IMG/VR virus record: IMGVR_UViG_3300014158_000003
Coordinates: 53,320-117,319 of that record
Strand: one strand, 5' to 3'
From: a virus
DNA length: 64,000 nucleotides
A program made the position numbers and the translations under genes. Each line of letters starts with the position of its first letter. Position 1 is the stretch's first letter. Of this stretch, positions 1 to 12,872 are shown one piece after another. The notes under the pieces were generated by a model. The model did no database searches. It worked only from the letters and a program-made list of their open reading frames with translations, and was not told the origin of the DNA.

Positions 1-198
1 CTCGGCGGCGACTGGCGCGCGCTGCCGCTGGCCGTCGGGCACACGGCCCTGCGCGCGACGCTCGTCGGCGCGGGTCTCTACCTCGCCGGCGAGCGCGATC
101 CCAAGCGCCTGGTCAAGAACGCGGCGGCCGGCTCGCTCGCGATTGAGGCGTTCGTGCTCGGGTGGGCGGCTTGGAAGCTGAGGCATAGCGCGCCCTAG
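1..198 (+). CDS. 3' end of small hydrophobic hypothetical protein (partial)
   Basis: Frame 1 is open from the window edge to TAG at 196-198, with GC-rich codon usage and two hydrophobic stretches. Confidence 0.55.
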   Translation, partial: LGGDWRALPLAVGHTALRATLVGAGLYLAGERDPKRLVKNAAAGSLAIEAFVLGWAAWKLRHSAP

Positions 199-222
199 CG
201 ACTTGTACGGTAAGCTGCGCCG

Positions 223-3192
<2,970 letters not shown>

Positions 3193-3196
3193 AGCG

Positions 3197-4522
3197 GTGA
3201 CCTCTCCCGCAGTCGTCCAGTCGGCCGTCATCAACGCGGCTGGGCCGCCGATGACGGCGAACTTCTCGCTCGCGCAGACCGCCGGCAACTGGAACATCGT
3301 CGTCAGCGGCCCCCCGGGAGGGCAGAGTACCGGCATCCCGACGGACACCAGCGGCAACACCTACGAGCTGGCGGTCGTGAACCTCGCTACCGCGGGGCAG
3401 TGCCAGGACGCGTACGTCTACGTCTGCAAGGGCATCAAGGCCGCCGGCGCCGGCGCCAACACCGTCTCGATCCCGTACGCCCCCGGCGGCGGGGGGGCCC
3501 CGCCCGACTGTCTGATCCTGGAGGTCAGCGGGGCCGCCGGCATCGGTGCTATCGCGGGCGCTGGTCAGAACAACAGCGGCGGCGGCTCCGTCTCGGTCTC
3601 GCTGACGACGCTGGCCTCTAGCTCGCTGGTGCTCGCCTGCGGGATGAGTGACAACGGGTGGGTCAGCGTCTCGGGATCATTTACCGAGGTGGCGCTCACG
3701 CCGGACACGTACGGTGGTGTCTGGCAGGACTCGGTCTCGACGCCGTCGACGGTCACGTGCAGCCTCACGCAGTCGGCCGGGTCGTGGTGCATCGCGGCGA
3801 TCGAGCTGACGTCGGTCGCGCAGCCGGCGAGACCGTCGCCCGTACAGCAGATCAACGGGACCGGGCTATCGCAGACATTTTACTCCGCGCAGAACGCCGG
3901 CGACTCGAACCTCTTCGTCGTGCAGCTCGGGGCGACGAGCACGCCCACGATCACGGTCGCGGACGACGCGAACGGCGCGTACGACACCGCTTCGGCGCTC
4001 GAGTACAACCCGGCGAGCGGCCTGTACTTCCAGTTTTTCTGGTACCCGAACACCGCCGCCGCCGCCGCGGGAACGAACACCGTCACGGCCACCGTCACGG
4101 GCGGCGGCACGCTGTCCAACGAGTACACGTACGCGATCGAGGTCGCGGGCCTCGCGACGACGGGGACCTTCTACACCTCGGGGCAGACGTCGCAGAAGAC
4201 GACGGCGTCCGGTTACACGCCGCCGGCCACCTCGGGCTCGTACGCGACCGCGAGCGCGTACCAATTCGCGCTCGCTTGGTTCTACAGCACGGGCGACGAC
4301 ATGCAGCAGGGCGCCGAGAGCAACTTGATCGGGTACCTGCCGAACGGCGGAGTAGCGGCCAATGGGCTCGAGTACCAGATCACGGGGGCGAGCGGGTCGA
4401 CTGTCCAAGCGACCGCCACCTTCCAGAGTTCGGCCGACGCGGTCTACGCGCAGATCGCCGGTTTCAACGCGGCGCCCGCGACGACGACCTTCGACGCCGT
4501 CGGCTTTGGCGCCGAGGTCTGA
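3197..4522 (+). CDS. Beta-rich S/T/G/A-rich putative virion protein with two similar domains
   Basis: Starts 4 nt after the fibre gene. Internal duplication: AQTAGNWNIVV..AAGAGANTVS..LEVSG versus AQNAGDSNLFVV..AAAAGTNTVT..IEVAG. Confidence 0.75.
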   Translation: MTSPAVVQSAVINAAGPPMTANFSLAQTAGNWNIVVSGPPGGQSTGIPTDTSGNTYELAVVNLATAGQCQDAYVYVCKGIKAAGAGANTVSIPYAPGGGGAPPDCLILEVSGAAGIGAIAGAGQNNSGGGSVSVSLTTLASSSLVLACGMSDNGWVSVSGSFTEVALTPDTYGGVWQDSVSTPSTVTCSLTQSAGSWCIAAIELTSVAQPARPSPVQQINGTGLSQTFYSAQNAGDSNLFVVQLGATSTPTITVADDANGAYDTASALEYNPASGLYFQFFWYPNTAAAAAGTNTVTATVTGGGTLSNEYTYAIEVAGLATTGTFYTSGQTSQKTTASGYTPPATSGSYATASAYQFALAWFYSTGDDMQQGAESNLIGYLPNGGVAANGLEYQITGASGSTVQATATFQSSADAVYAQIAGFNAAPATTTFDAVGFGAEV

Positions 4523-4597
4523 AATTTTGGCCGCGGGAGACTCGATGTTCGGCTCTCCTGATAGCGCCGAGCACCGCTTGACGTAGGCTCGTACCCT

Positions 4598-5563
4598 GTG
4601 GCGCGCCCCGGCCTGTTCGACACCGACGGCGTCCCGTGGGGCTGGTTCGACACCTGCGGCCAGGACCAGGGCTGGTTCGACCGCGACCTGCTCACGTACC
4701 CGGCCGCCGTACCGCCGCCACCACCCCCGCCGAAACCGCGTCCGCGTCCGCGCCCAGTCGCCGGGGGCGGCGGCGGCGGGGGCGTCATCGTCCCATACTG
4801 CCCGCCCGACTGGCTGAAGCTCTTCTACACGGACCCGGACGCCCTGCCGGTCGAGTGCGACGACGAGCCGACCGAGATCGGGGCGGAAGCGGAGACCGAC
4901 TACGCCCTGCTGTACCTGCCGGGCGGCGCCCGAGGGTCCCCCGTCCGCGCGCTCGCCTCCGGCGTCGTCGAGCGGGTCGTGGACAGCCGGGGGCGCACGG
5001 CGGTCGTGCTGACGGCCGCCGACGGCACGCGGTACTGGTACGCGGACCTCGGCCGCGTCGACGTCGCGCACGGCGCCCGCGTCGAGGTCGACCAGGTCAT
5101 CGCGCGGACCAAGCCGGGCGCGCGGCCCATCCCGACGGTGGTCCCCGCGCCGGCGGCGCCCGCGGATCCGGCGAGCGCGCCCGCGCAGTCGCCGGTCGGC
5201 GCCCTGCCGGCCGGCCCCCCGAGTCCGGCGCCGAGACTGAAGCCGGCGCAGGTGGTGTTCGTCGAGGCCCCGCCGCCGGCCGAGGAGCCGAGCCGCCCAC
5301 GCGTCGAGCCGCCTGCAGGACCGACCCGGCCCCCGGTCCAGCCCGGGGCCGTGGTGTGGATGCTCCTGCCGAAGCCCGGGACCCAGCCGGAGCCTCCCCC
5401 GGCGCCGGCGGTCCGCGCGACCCCGATCCGCGACGCGATCCTGAGTCTGAGCCTCGTCGCCGCGCTGCTCTCCGCGGCCTACTTGCTGGACCGCAGGGCG
5501 AAGGCGTCGCGGCAGAAGAGGGGGCGGAGGCGCAAGGGGCGCCCGGGTCGCCGGCGGTCGTGA
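4598..5563 (+). CDS. Pro-rich membrane-anchored protein with degenerate M23/LytM-like domain
   Basis: GSPVRALASGVV..G.TAVVL..DGTRYWYADL..V..GARVEVDQVIA follows the M23 pattern but lacks the HxH ligands. C-terminal TM helix and basic tail. Confidence 0.6.
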   Translation: MARPGLFDTDGVPWGWFDTCGQDQGWFDRDLLTYPAAVPPPPPPPKPRPRPRPVAGGGGGGGVIVPYCPPDWLKLFYTDPDALPVECDDEPTEIGAEAETDYALLYLPGGARGSPVRALASGVVERVVDSRGRTAVVLTAADGTRYWYADLGRVDVAHGARVEVDQVIARTKPGARPIPTVVPAPAAPADPASAPAQSPVGALPAGPPSPAPRLKPAQVVFVEAPPPAEEPSRPRVEPPAGPTRPPVQPGAVVWMLLPKPGTQPEPPPAPAVRATPIRDAILSLSLVAALLSAAYLLDRRAKASRQKRGRRRKGRPGRRRS

Positions 5564-5630
5564 GGCGCGGGGAAAAGCAGCGGTCACCGGAGCCGGAAGC
5601 TGGTAGGATCCCCGAAAAGGAGCGGCGCCC

Positions 5631-5948
5631 ATGGAGCACATCGTCAGAAACGGTCGCCCGGTCAGGTTCGGCCTGGGCGGCGTCAGTGACGCGGCGGCGC
5701 TCGCGCCCGTCTCCCAGAGAGTCGCCGCGAAGATCGCGTCCGTGGCGGTCGGCGCGCTGACGGTCGGCGTGCTCGGGACCATGGTCGGGGCGGGCATCTC
5801 GCTCCTGGACACCAAGAAGCTGCGCCCCGCCACGGTGGGGCAGGGCGCGGCGGTGGGCGCCGCGCTCGGCGGCGCGATGGGCCTGTTCACGGAGGTGAGC
5901 GTCCGCACCGTCCCCGCTGCGGACGCGAAGGGCGGAGTGTCGACATGA
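5631..5948 (+). CDS. Small two-TM membrane protein
   Basis: AAGGAG RBS, two Gly-rich hydrophobic helices, ATGA overlap with the next gene. Confidence 0.7.
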   Translation: MEHIVRNGRPVRFGLGGVSDAAALAPVSQRVAAKIASVAVGALTVGVLGTMVGAGISLLDTKKLRPATVGQGAAVGAALGGAMGLFTEVSVRTVPAADAKGGVST

Positions 5949-8284
5949 GGAAGCACCTGATCGGGGCCGGTGAGAGCATCTCCAGGAACGGGCAGTCGGT
6001 CGGCCTGGGCCTCGCGTGCTGGCCGCGCGAGTGGGAGCCCGACCCCGGCGGCGGCCGGGTCGGCGACGTCGGCGTGGGCTTCCACTTCGACGTCGGCCAC
6101 CTGATCAAGGGCGCGCTCAAGGACGTGGGCAAGGTCGCCTCCGCCCCGGTGCACATCGCGGTCGAGGCGGTGAAGGACCCGAAGAAGCTGATCCACGACA
6201 TCGGCCACGTGGCCAAGGACGTGGTCAAGATCGAGAAGTTCGTGCTCGAACAGGCCGCGGGGATCTGCTCGCTCGTCCCCGGCCTCGGCACCGCGATCTC
6301 GACCGCCATCGCCGCCGGGCTCGCGGTGCTCGAGGGCGGCGGCGTGCTCGAGATCGCGATCAAGATCGCCTACGGCGCCATCCCGATCCCGCCCGGCATC
6401 AAGACCTTCACGGACCTGGTGCTCGGGGCCGTGCTCGACATCGTGAGCGCGATCCTCAAGGAGGGCACCAACCTCGGCAAGGTTTTGGAGCGCCTCATCG
6501 CCGAGGAGATGGCCAAGGCGCTGCCGGACAACGTCCGGGCCGCGGGCACCACCATGCTCACCGCCCTCACGCCGACGGTGCTGCAGGCGCTGACCGGCAA
6601 GCTGCCCGGCCTGCCGTCGGCCTCGTCGGTCGCGTCGGCGGCGGGGCTACCGGCCGTCCCGTCGGTCTCCTCGATCGCGGCGGCGCTGCCGACGCCGTCG
6701 GTCCCGGGCGTCACCGGGGTCGGCGACAAGGTCGACGACTTCGTGGCCCAGCTGAAAGCGCAGTACGCGGCGATGAACTTGCCGGCGAGCGTCAAGTCGC
6801 AGACCGACCCGGTCTTCAACGCGCTCGTCTCGATGGTCCACTCGATGAACGTGGGCCCCGCGATCCTCCTGACCGTGCGCACCGGGATCACCTCGAAGCT
6901 GCCCGCCGGCGTCGCGCGCGACGTGGGCCTGCACGTCTTCGACACGCTCGCGCACCTCATCCTGGGCAAGCTGTTCAAGGGCAAGCCGACGCAGGCCACC
7001 GTGACCACCGCGCTCACCCCGGCGCAGCTCACCGCCGTGCACCTCGCGGCCGCTCGCGGCGCGCCGCTGCCGGCGAGTGTCACGCCGATCCCGCCGACGG
7101 TGGCCGCGTACAAGCCGATCGCCAAGGCCGAGGTGGCGCAGAGCACCGTCGTCTCGGTCCCGGTCATCGCGGTCGACAGCAGCCCCTACGGGCCCTACCC
7201 GCAGCCGAGCGCCGGCGCGACCCCGTCGACCGCGGCGCCCGCGATGGCGCCGCCGCCCGTGCCTGCTGTGAGTGCGTCGACGCCGGCGACCGCCGCTGCC
7301 GCGCCCATGTCGACGCCGGCGGCCACGTCCCCAGCCGGCACGACCGCGGGCGTCGGCGAGAGCAGCTGCCCGCAGGAGCCGGTCCCGAGCGGCTGGCGCG
7401 TGTGGCAGGGTCCCGTGCCGCCCGAGCTCGTGCAGTTGGCCGTCGAGGTGCGCGACCACGTCCGGCAGTACCCGCGCGGCACGATCGCCAAGACGGTCGA
7501 CTACCGGGGATCCGCGGTCGCCGCCTTCGTGAGCAGCCACACGTGGACGTACCGCAACGGCCAGCTCGTCACCGGGATCTGCATCCCCGGCGTGTCGCTG
7601 CTGGTCCGGCCGACCGCGGACGTCGGCACCAGTCGCGGCGGCGGCGGTGGTGGTGGACGCGGCGGGGGTGGTGGTCGTGGCGGTGGCGGCGGTGGGGGGC
7701 ACCCCGGGCGCCCGGGAGGGCGCGGTGGTTTCGACGGGTGGGCAGGCGGCCGGGGGCGCCCGTGGGGTCGGGGCGGCTACGGCTGGGGGTGGGGCGGCGC
7801 GTGGTGGCCGTACGTCGTCGTCACCAGCGACGCCGCGTGCGCGAGCTGGGGTGACCCGATCAGCTTCCCGGCGAAGCTGCTGTCGGCCGCGCGCGCGACG
7901 CTCACCGACTCGGGCTGGGCCCCGGTCGTCGTCCGCGGCTCGGACGGTGGGCTCTACCTGCTCAGCCTCGAGCCCGGCGTGCCGACGGGGGGGCCGGTCG
8001 CGCAGCTCGTCACGATCCGCCCGTGCGTCTCGGTGGGGGTCGGCGACGCGAACGACGACGTCCTCAAGGCGATGGCACTCGATCTGCTCGGCCAACTGCA
8101 GCGCAGCGTACCGCAGGGCGCGACGCGCGCGGTGAAGAACTTCGCGCAGGCGTGGAACGCCGCGAGCGCCGACTCACAGATCGACACCAGCGGCAAGTAC
8201 ACGCAGGAGACCGCGGCGGCGCTCAACGCGGCTTTGAGCGCGCTCGCGCCTGGATCAGGGTCGGCGCCGGCGGCCGTGCTCTAG
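5945..8284 (+). CDS. Large multidomain hypothetical protein, probably structural
   Basis: 779 aa ORF coupled to the upstream gene, with amphipathic, Pro/Ala-rich and Gly/Arg-rich segments. Confidence 0.7.
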   Translation: MRKHLIGAGESISRNGQSVGLGLACWPREWEPDPGGGRVGDVGVGFHFDVGHLIKGALKDVGKVASAPVHIAVEAVKDPKKLIHDIGHVAKDVVKIEKFVLEQAAGICSLVPGLGTAISTAIAAGLAVLEGGGVLEIAIKIAYGAIPIPPGIKTFTDLVLGAVLDIVSAILKEGTNLGKVLERLIAEEMAKALPDNVRAAGTTMLTALTPTVLQALTGKLPGLPSASSVASAAGLPAVPSVSSIAAALPTPSVPGVTGVGDKVDDFVAQLKAQYAAMNLPASVKSQTDPVFNALVSMVHSMNVGPAILLTVRTGITSKLPAGVARDVGLHVFDTLAHLILGKLFKGKPTQATVTTALTPAQLTAVHLAAARGAPLPASVTPIPPTVAAYKPIAKAEVAQSTVVSVPVIAVDSSPYGPYPQPSAGATPSTAAPAMAPPPVPAVSASTPATAAAAPMSTPAATSPAGTTAGVGESSCPQEPVPSGWRVWQGPVPPELVQLAVEVRDHVRQYPRGTIAKTVDYRGSAVAAFVSSHTWTYRNGQLVTGICIPGVSLLVRPTADVGTSRGGGGGGGRGGGGGRGGGGGGGHPGRPGGRGGFDGWAGGRGRPWGRGGYGWGWGGAWWPYVVVTSDAACASWGDPISFPAKLLSAARATLTDSGWAPVVVRGSDGGLYLLSLEPGVPTGGPVAQLVTIRPCVSVGVGDANDDVLKAMALDLLGQLQRSVPQGATRAVKNFAQAWNAASADSQIDTSGKYTQETAAALNAALSALAPGSGSAPAAVL

Positions 8285-8305
8285 CCCAGGGATCAGAACC
8301 CCAAA

Positions 8306-9358
8306 ATGTCCAATCCGCGCGAGACGTGCCCGACCGGATCCGCCGGCCAAACCGGCCCGACCGGCCCGACCGGCGCGACCGGTCCGACCGGCGCGCCCGG
8401 TCCGACCGGCGCGCCCGGCTCGGCCAGCAACACCGGCGCGACCGGACCGACCGGGTTCACGGGGCCGACGGGCGTCCCGGGCTCCGCGACGAACACGGGT
8501 GCGACTGGGGCGACCGGCTTCACGGGGCCGACGGGTGCGACCGGAGCTCCGGGCTCGGCGACCAACACGGGCGCGACGGGGCCGACCGGCTCCACGGGGC
8601 CGACGGGTGCTCCGGGCACCGCCTCGAACACGGGAGCGACGGGGCCGACCGGGGTCGCCGGACCGACGGGGGCGACCGGCGCGACGGGGGCGACCGGCGC
8701 GCCTTCGAACGTCACCGGGCCCACCGGTTCGGGGAACACCGGACCGACGGGGCCCGCCGGTCCTCAGGGGACCGGAATGACCGGGCCGACCGGGCCGACC
8801 GGGCCGGTCGGGGGGCCGACGGGACCGACCGGGGCGGCCGCGACCGGGTCTACGGGACCGACCGGCGCGACAGGGCCGAGCGTAGCGACGTCCATCTCGG
8901 GGACGGGGACCAACGAGTTCACCGGCGTCGGCACGCTCGTCGACATCACGTCCACCGAGACCGTGCTGGCGTCTGGAGACACGTACGCGGTCAAGGGGTT
9001 CACCGGCGAGATCCAGACGCCCAGCGACGCGTTCGTGACCATCGCGTCGTTCACCCCTCCCACCAACTCCGCGGGCGACTGGTCTGTCACGCTCCTCGGC
9101 CTCGACGTCACGGGAGCGCCGCCGGTGCCCGGCAACTTCTACCGAGCCGACGTCACGTTCTCCCACGTGCGCGCCGCTGGCGCGCCGACGCTCTACCCGG
9201 CGACGCCCGCCGCGACCAACGTCGTGTCGAACGGGACGGGCTCGACGTACGCGGTCCAGGTCGTCCTGTCGGGCAACATCATCGAGATCCAGGTCGCCGG
9301 CAACGCCGCCACGGACGTGGACTGGAGCGTCATCGGTCAGCTCCAAGCGGTGACCTGA
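8306..9358 (+). CDS. Second collagen-like (GPT repeat) fibre protein
   Basis: About 180 aa of GPT/GAT repeats followed by a beta-rich C-terminal domain. Confidence 0.85.
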   Translation: MSNPRETCPTGSAGQTGPTGPTGATGPTGAPGPTGAPGSASNTGATGPTGFTGPTGVPGSATNTGATGATGFTGPTGATGAPGSATNTGATGPTGSTGPTGAPGTASNTGATGPTGVAGPTGATGATGATGAPSNVTGPTGSGNTGPTGPAGPQGTGMTGPTGPTGPVGGPTGPTGAAATGSTGPTGATGPSVATSISGTGTNEFTGVGTLVDITSTETVLASGDTYAVKGFTGEIQTPSDAFVTIASFTPPTNSAGDWSVTLLGLDVTGAPPVPGNFYRADVTFSHVRAAGAPTLYPATPAATNVVSNGTGSTYAVQVVLSGNIIEIQVAGNAATDVDWSVIGQLQAVT

Positions 9359-9359
9359 C

Positions 9360-10187
9360 GTGCAGGTCGTCCATCCGGACCGGAGAATATGGACGCCGAG
9401 GCGAGCTAGCCCGTCGGCGGATGGGTTGTTGGCGGCTCCGCCGCCGCTCGGTCTGGGACTCAAGCAGCGGGTGAGCAAGGGGGCTTGGTACGACGCCCTG
9501 CTCAGCATCCCCGACTGCGTGCTCCTCATCGATGCCAGCACGAGCAGCAGCGTCACGCTCAGCGGTTCGCACGTGTCTGCGCTGGCCGATCTTTCGGGTC
9601 AAGGAAACAACTTCACCCAGGCTACTGGGGCAATGCAGCCACCGTACAACTTGACCGGCATCAACGGTCTGCCGTCCGTGGACACGCGCGCAGCCGTGAG
9701 CCAGAAAATCATGGACTGCGTCAACCCAGGCACGTCGATATTGACTGGATCTGGGGCCACGTCCGTGATCGTCTTTGACCCGGTCGCCGCCGCATCCCAA
9801 GCGGGGATCGGGGCATTCTCAGAGCACTGGGGTAATACCGGTGTAGCTCAGGACCTATTTCCTTATACGGACGGAAATTTCTACGACACATGGTTCACGA
9901 CCGTGCGAAAGGCGATCTCTGGGATCGTGCTGGGCAGCGCGTTCGCGTACGCCACCACCTCAGAGACTGGAAACTTCACGGCCTACCAAAACAACGTCCA
10001 AGTTTTCACTACGTCAAGCAACAGCACGGGATCGGACGGCAGCAACCCGAGCATGTTCGGCGATTCACTCGCGCAGGACGACTGGTGGATGGGTCTATTC
10101 AGTCTCCGGGCTGCGTGGAATCGCGTCTTGACGTCGATTGAGTTGGGTCAAGTGCAGGCGGCCCTGTCCTCAAGGTTCGGTGTGTGA
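9360..10187 (+). CDS. Putative LamG/concanavalin-like tail or receptor-binding protein
   Basis: LIDAS..V..LADLSGQGNNFTQAT..QP..GINGLPSV and C-terminal WNRVLT..EL motifs typical of LamG-like tail proteins. Visibly lower GC than its neighbours. Confidence 0.6.
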   Translation: MQVVHPDRRIWTPRRASPSADGLLAAPPPLGLGLKQRVSKGAWYDALLSIPDCVLLIDASTSSSVTLSGSHVSALADLSGQGNNFTQATGAMQPPYNLTGINGLPSVDTRAAVSQKIMDCVNPGTSILTGSGATSVIVFDPVAAASQAGIGAFSEHWGNTGVAQDLFPYTDGNFYDTWFTTVRKAISGIVLGSAFAYATTSETGNFTAYQNNVQVFTTSSNSTGSDGSNPSMFGDSLAQDDWWMGLFSLRAAWNRVLTSIELGQVQAALSSRFGV

Positions 10188-10280
10188 CGATGGATCAGAA
10201 CTCTTACCAGTGCCGCGAGCCGATCGCCGCCCGCGCGAAGGCGCCCGGGCTGGCGGCGGCCGTGCTCTGAGGGGCGGGCC

Positions 10281-12179
10281 GTGCCCGTCCACTCCCGCGG
10301 CCGCGGGTGCTACCAGTGGGGCCAGCACGGCAAGGTCTACTGCGGCCCCGGCGCCCGCCAGAAAGCCGAGCGGCAGGGGCGGGCGGCGCACGCGCGCGGG
10401 TACGGCCTGCGCGAACCGTCGAGCGACTGGGAGGACGCGCTCGTCCGCGGCGACGCGCGCTACGTCCCCGCTGGTGTCGCACCGCAGATGCCGGGCGTCG
10501 TCGCGCGAGCGCGCGCGGCCGGCGCGCGCCCACCGCTCGAGTACGTGGGCGCCGGGATGACCGGCGTCGTCCTCTGCGCCGGCGACGTCGCGTACAAGGT
10601 CGCCCGGGACACGCGCCCGATCGACCACCAGTTCTTCGAGGAGGAGGCCGATTGGCTCGCGGCGGCCTCGCAGGTCCCCGCGGTCGCGCCGCACGTCGCG
10701 CACCTGCACGACTTCGACCCCGAGAGCCTCGTCATCGTCCGCGACTGCGTACGCGCCGACCCGGAGCAATCCGCGTGGCGGTACGGCGAGGGCAAGCTCC
10801 ACGACCTGCACCGACAGATCGAACGGGACATGATCCCGTACGGCTGGACCGCGCCAGAGTTCAAGCCGGACAGCTATGTGCTGACGACCCGCGGGCCCGT
10901 GCTCGTCGATGCGTCGATGCCGTCCCGGGTCGGCAATGAGCTCGCGCAATACGTCGAGGCGGTCGTCGCCGACGAGCGGCCGCTCTGGACGACTCGGCCC
11001 GAGGACCTGGCGTTCGCGGTCCGGATGGAGGCTGGACGAACGCTCACGCAGGAGGAGTCGGACCGGCTCGAGGCGATGATCGCGCGTCGGTGGTCTGCGC
11101 GTGCCGGTGAGGTGAGGGAGCGGCGCTTGCGTGAAGTGCGTGAGCCGAATCTGTCGTACTTGCTCGGGCCCATGGGAACGATCCGGGCCATCGGTCACGA
11201 GGACGGTCCCGAACCGCCGACGAACGGGATCGCACGATACCGATCCGAGCACGGTAGCTACCGGTACGTCTACTACGTCCGCGGCGAACCGGTGAGCGCC
11301 ATCCAGGTGATGGCGCGCGACAAGAAACACGGTCGCGTCGCGAACGTGTGGACGGCTCCGCACGCGCGTCGAAACGGATACGCGACCAAGCTTATCCAGC
11401 AAGCCAGGAAAGATTTCAAGACTGTCGAGCACTCCGACGCCCTGTCAGCGGACGCAGTTGCGTGGATTGATCGAGTCGGAGAGGCGCGAACCGTTCTCGC
11501 CGAGAACAGCGACTGGATACTCGTGGCGCCGCTCGCGCAAGCGCAGATCTTGGGCGGTGCCTACCTTGCGAGTTCCGACGGCCGATTTGTCATCTTCGCT
11601 CGCCGGTATCGCGTCGGCGACAAGGGTCGCCGCGAGTACCGAATCGAATTTCAGACCGTCGAGTATCTGGGCGGTGACTCTAGGAGAGGTGGCGAAAACC
11701 GAACCCTCTATGAGGGGCAGAATCTAGCCGTTCTCCAGGGTCGGGCCCGAAGATCGCCTCGTACGCGGCACGCGGCAGCAAGATGCGCATTTCAACGACC
11801 GGATCGTTGGCGCTTATCGTCTCGTCTCTCGGACCCTCGCGCTCTGCGAGACGCTGGACCCGATCGGGGATCTTGGCCGAAGCGAGCATCTCGGGCGCGC
11901 CCCGCATCAGCGCGCGCACTTCGGACGGGGTCCTGGGCGAGCGAGTCACAGCAGCCCTTCCGAGGCATTGTCCTGCCAGATTGTTGCCGCACGGATGTAC
12001 CCGAGAGCCACGCGCTCCGACTTGTGCCTGGTCTGCTTCATGATACTCGCCAGGGACTTCCCCTTGATCGCTGCGGTCGTCGCGAAACCAGATCGGAGCG
12101 AGTGACCCGACACGAGATCGGCGTCGAGGCCGGCACTCTTCGCCAAGCGCTTGACGATCTCCGAGGCGGTCCGATCTGA
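10281..12179 (+). CDS. Multidomain protein: kinase-like domain plus GNAT acetyltransferase (C-terminal ~150 aa doubtful)
   Basis: YVGAGMTGVV..YKVA..EA..EFKPDSY..LVD is kinase-like. VANVWTAPHARRNGYATKL is GNAT motif A. The tail overlaps the recombinase gene on the opposite strand. Confidence 0.65.
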   Translation: MPVHSRGRGCYQWGQHGKVYCGPGARQKAERQGRAAHARGYGLREPSSDWEDALVRGDARYVPAGVAPQMPGVVARARAAGARPPLEYVGAGMTGVVLCAGDVAYKVARDTRPIDHQFFEEEADWLAAASQVPAVAPHVAHLHDFDPESLVIVRDCVRADPEQSAWRYGEGKLHDLHRQIERDMIPYGWTAPEFKPDSYVLTTRGPVLVDASMPSRVGNELAQYVEAVVADERPLWTTRPEDLAFAVRMEAGRTLTQEESDRLEAMIARRWSARAGEVRERRLREVREPNLSYLLGPMGTIRAIGHEDGPEPPTNGIARYRSEHGSYRYVYYVRGEPVSAIQVMARDKKHGRVANVWTAPHARRNGYATKLIQQARKDFKTVEHSDALSADAVAWIDRVGEARTVLAENSDWILVAPLAQAQILGGAYLASSDGRFVIFARRYRVGDKGRREYRIEFQTVEYLGGDSRRGGENRTLYEGQNLAVLQGRARRSPRTRHAAARCAFQRPDRWRLSSRLSDPRALRDAGPDRGSWPKRASRARPASARALRTGSWASESQQPFRGIVLPDCCRTDVPESHALRLVPGLLHDTRQGLPLDRCGRRETRSERVTRHEIGVEAGTLRQALDDLRGGPI

Positions 12180-12845
12180 AATCGGGAAGATCCTCCCCTC
12201 GGCGATCCCAGCCTCGGCGAGGTATTTCCAAAGCGCTCGGACCGGGCAGAGCGGTCCGCGCCCCATTGAAACACCGCAAACCTGCCCTTCGCCTTCTTGG
12301 TCCGTCTTCGAGCTCCGTAACGTGACCATCAAGCCGTCCGGGCTGAACACGACGTCGTCAACGACCAGGGCGACGAGCTCCGACCGACGCAGGGCGGCAG
12401 CCCAGCCGAGGAGCACGAGCGCGCGATCCCTGGCGCTGGCGTTCAAGAGCATCGCAGCGAGGTCGGTGTCCTGTAGGGGGGTAGCCTTGCGCTGCGCGGT
12501 ACGCAGCTTTCGACGCAGACCTTTGAGCGTCTCGCGGATCGCGGGGTGGTCCGGCCACTCCACGGCCGCGTCCTTGTGCGCCCGACGGAGGGCGGAGACC
12601 GCCCGGTCGATGGTCGCGATCTTGTGATCCAGGCTCAGGTGGGCCAGATACGCCACGATCGTCTCTGGACGGGCCGGGAGCGTCGCGAGGCCGTGAGGAG
12701 CTGCCCATGCTTGAAAAGCCCGCCAGTCCGCCGCGTAGCCTCGGCGCGTGGCGCTGGTGCGCTTGGCCTCCGCCGCTTCGGCGGCGATGGCGAGGAGAGA
12801 CGGGAGAGAGTGTGTGGAAACGAGCGCATTCGCCTTGTCCGCCAT
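11946..12845 (-). CDS. Tyrosine recombinase (Cre-like integrase/resolvase)
   Basis: TRRGYAADWRAF SAM-like N-terminus and catalytic motifs LRRSEL, SKTDQ, HSLRSG, RHKS..GY. Confidence 0.93.
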   Translation of the reverse strand: MADKANALVSTHSLPSLLAIAAEAAEAKRTSATRRGYAADWRAFQAWAAPHGLATLPARPETIVAYLAHLSLDHKIATIDRAVSALRRAHKDAAVEWPDHPAIRETLKGLRRKLRTAQRKATPLQDTDLAAMLLNASARDRALVLLGWAAALRRSELVALVVDDVVFSPDGLMVTLRSSKTDQEGEGQVCGVSMGRGPLCPVRALWKYLAEAGIAEGRIFPISDRTASEIVKRLAKSAGLDADLVSGHSLRSGFATTAAIKGKSLASIMKQTRHKSERVALGYIRAATIWQDNASEGLL

Positions 12846-12847
12846 GC

Positions 12848-12872
12848 TTCCGATAATGGTCTGTTATCGGAA
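12848..12872. promoter_or_regulatory. Palindromic recombinase binding/crossover site candidate
   Basis: TTCCGATAA-TGGTCTG-TTATCGGAA (9-bp perfect arms, 7-bp asymmetric spacer), 2 nt upstream of the recombinase ATG. Confidence 0.7.
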
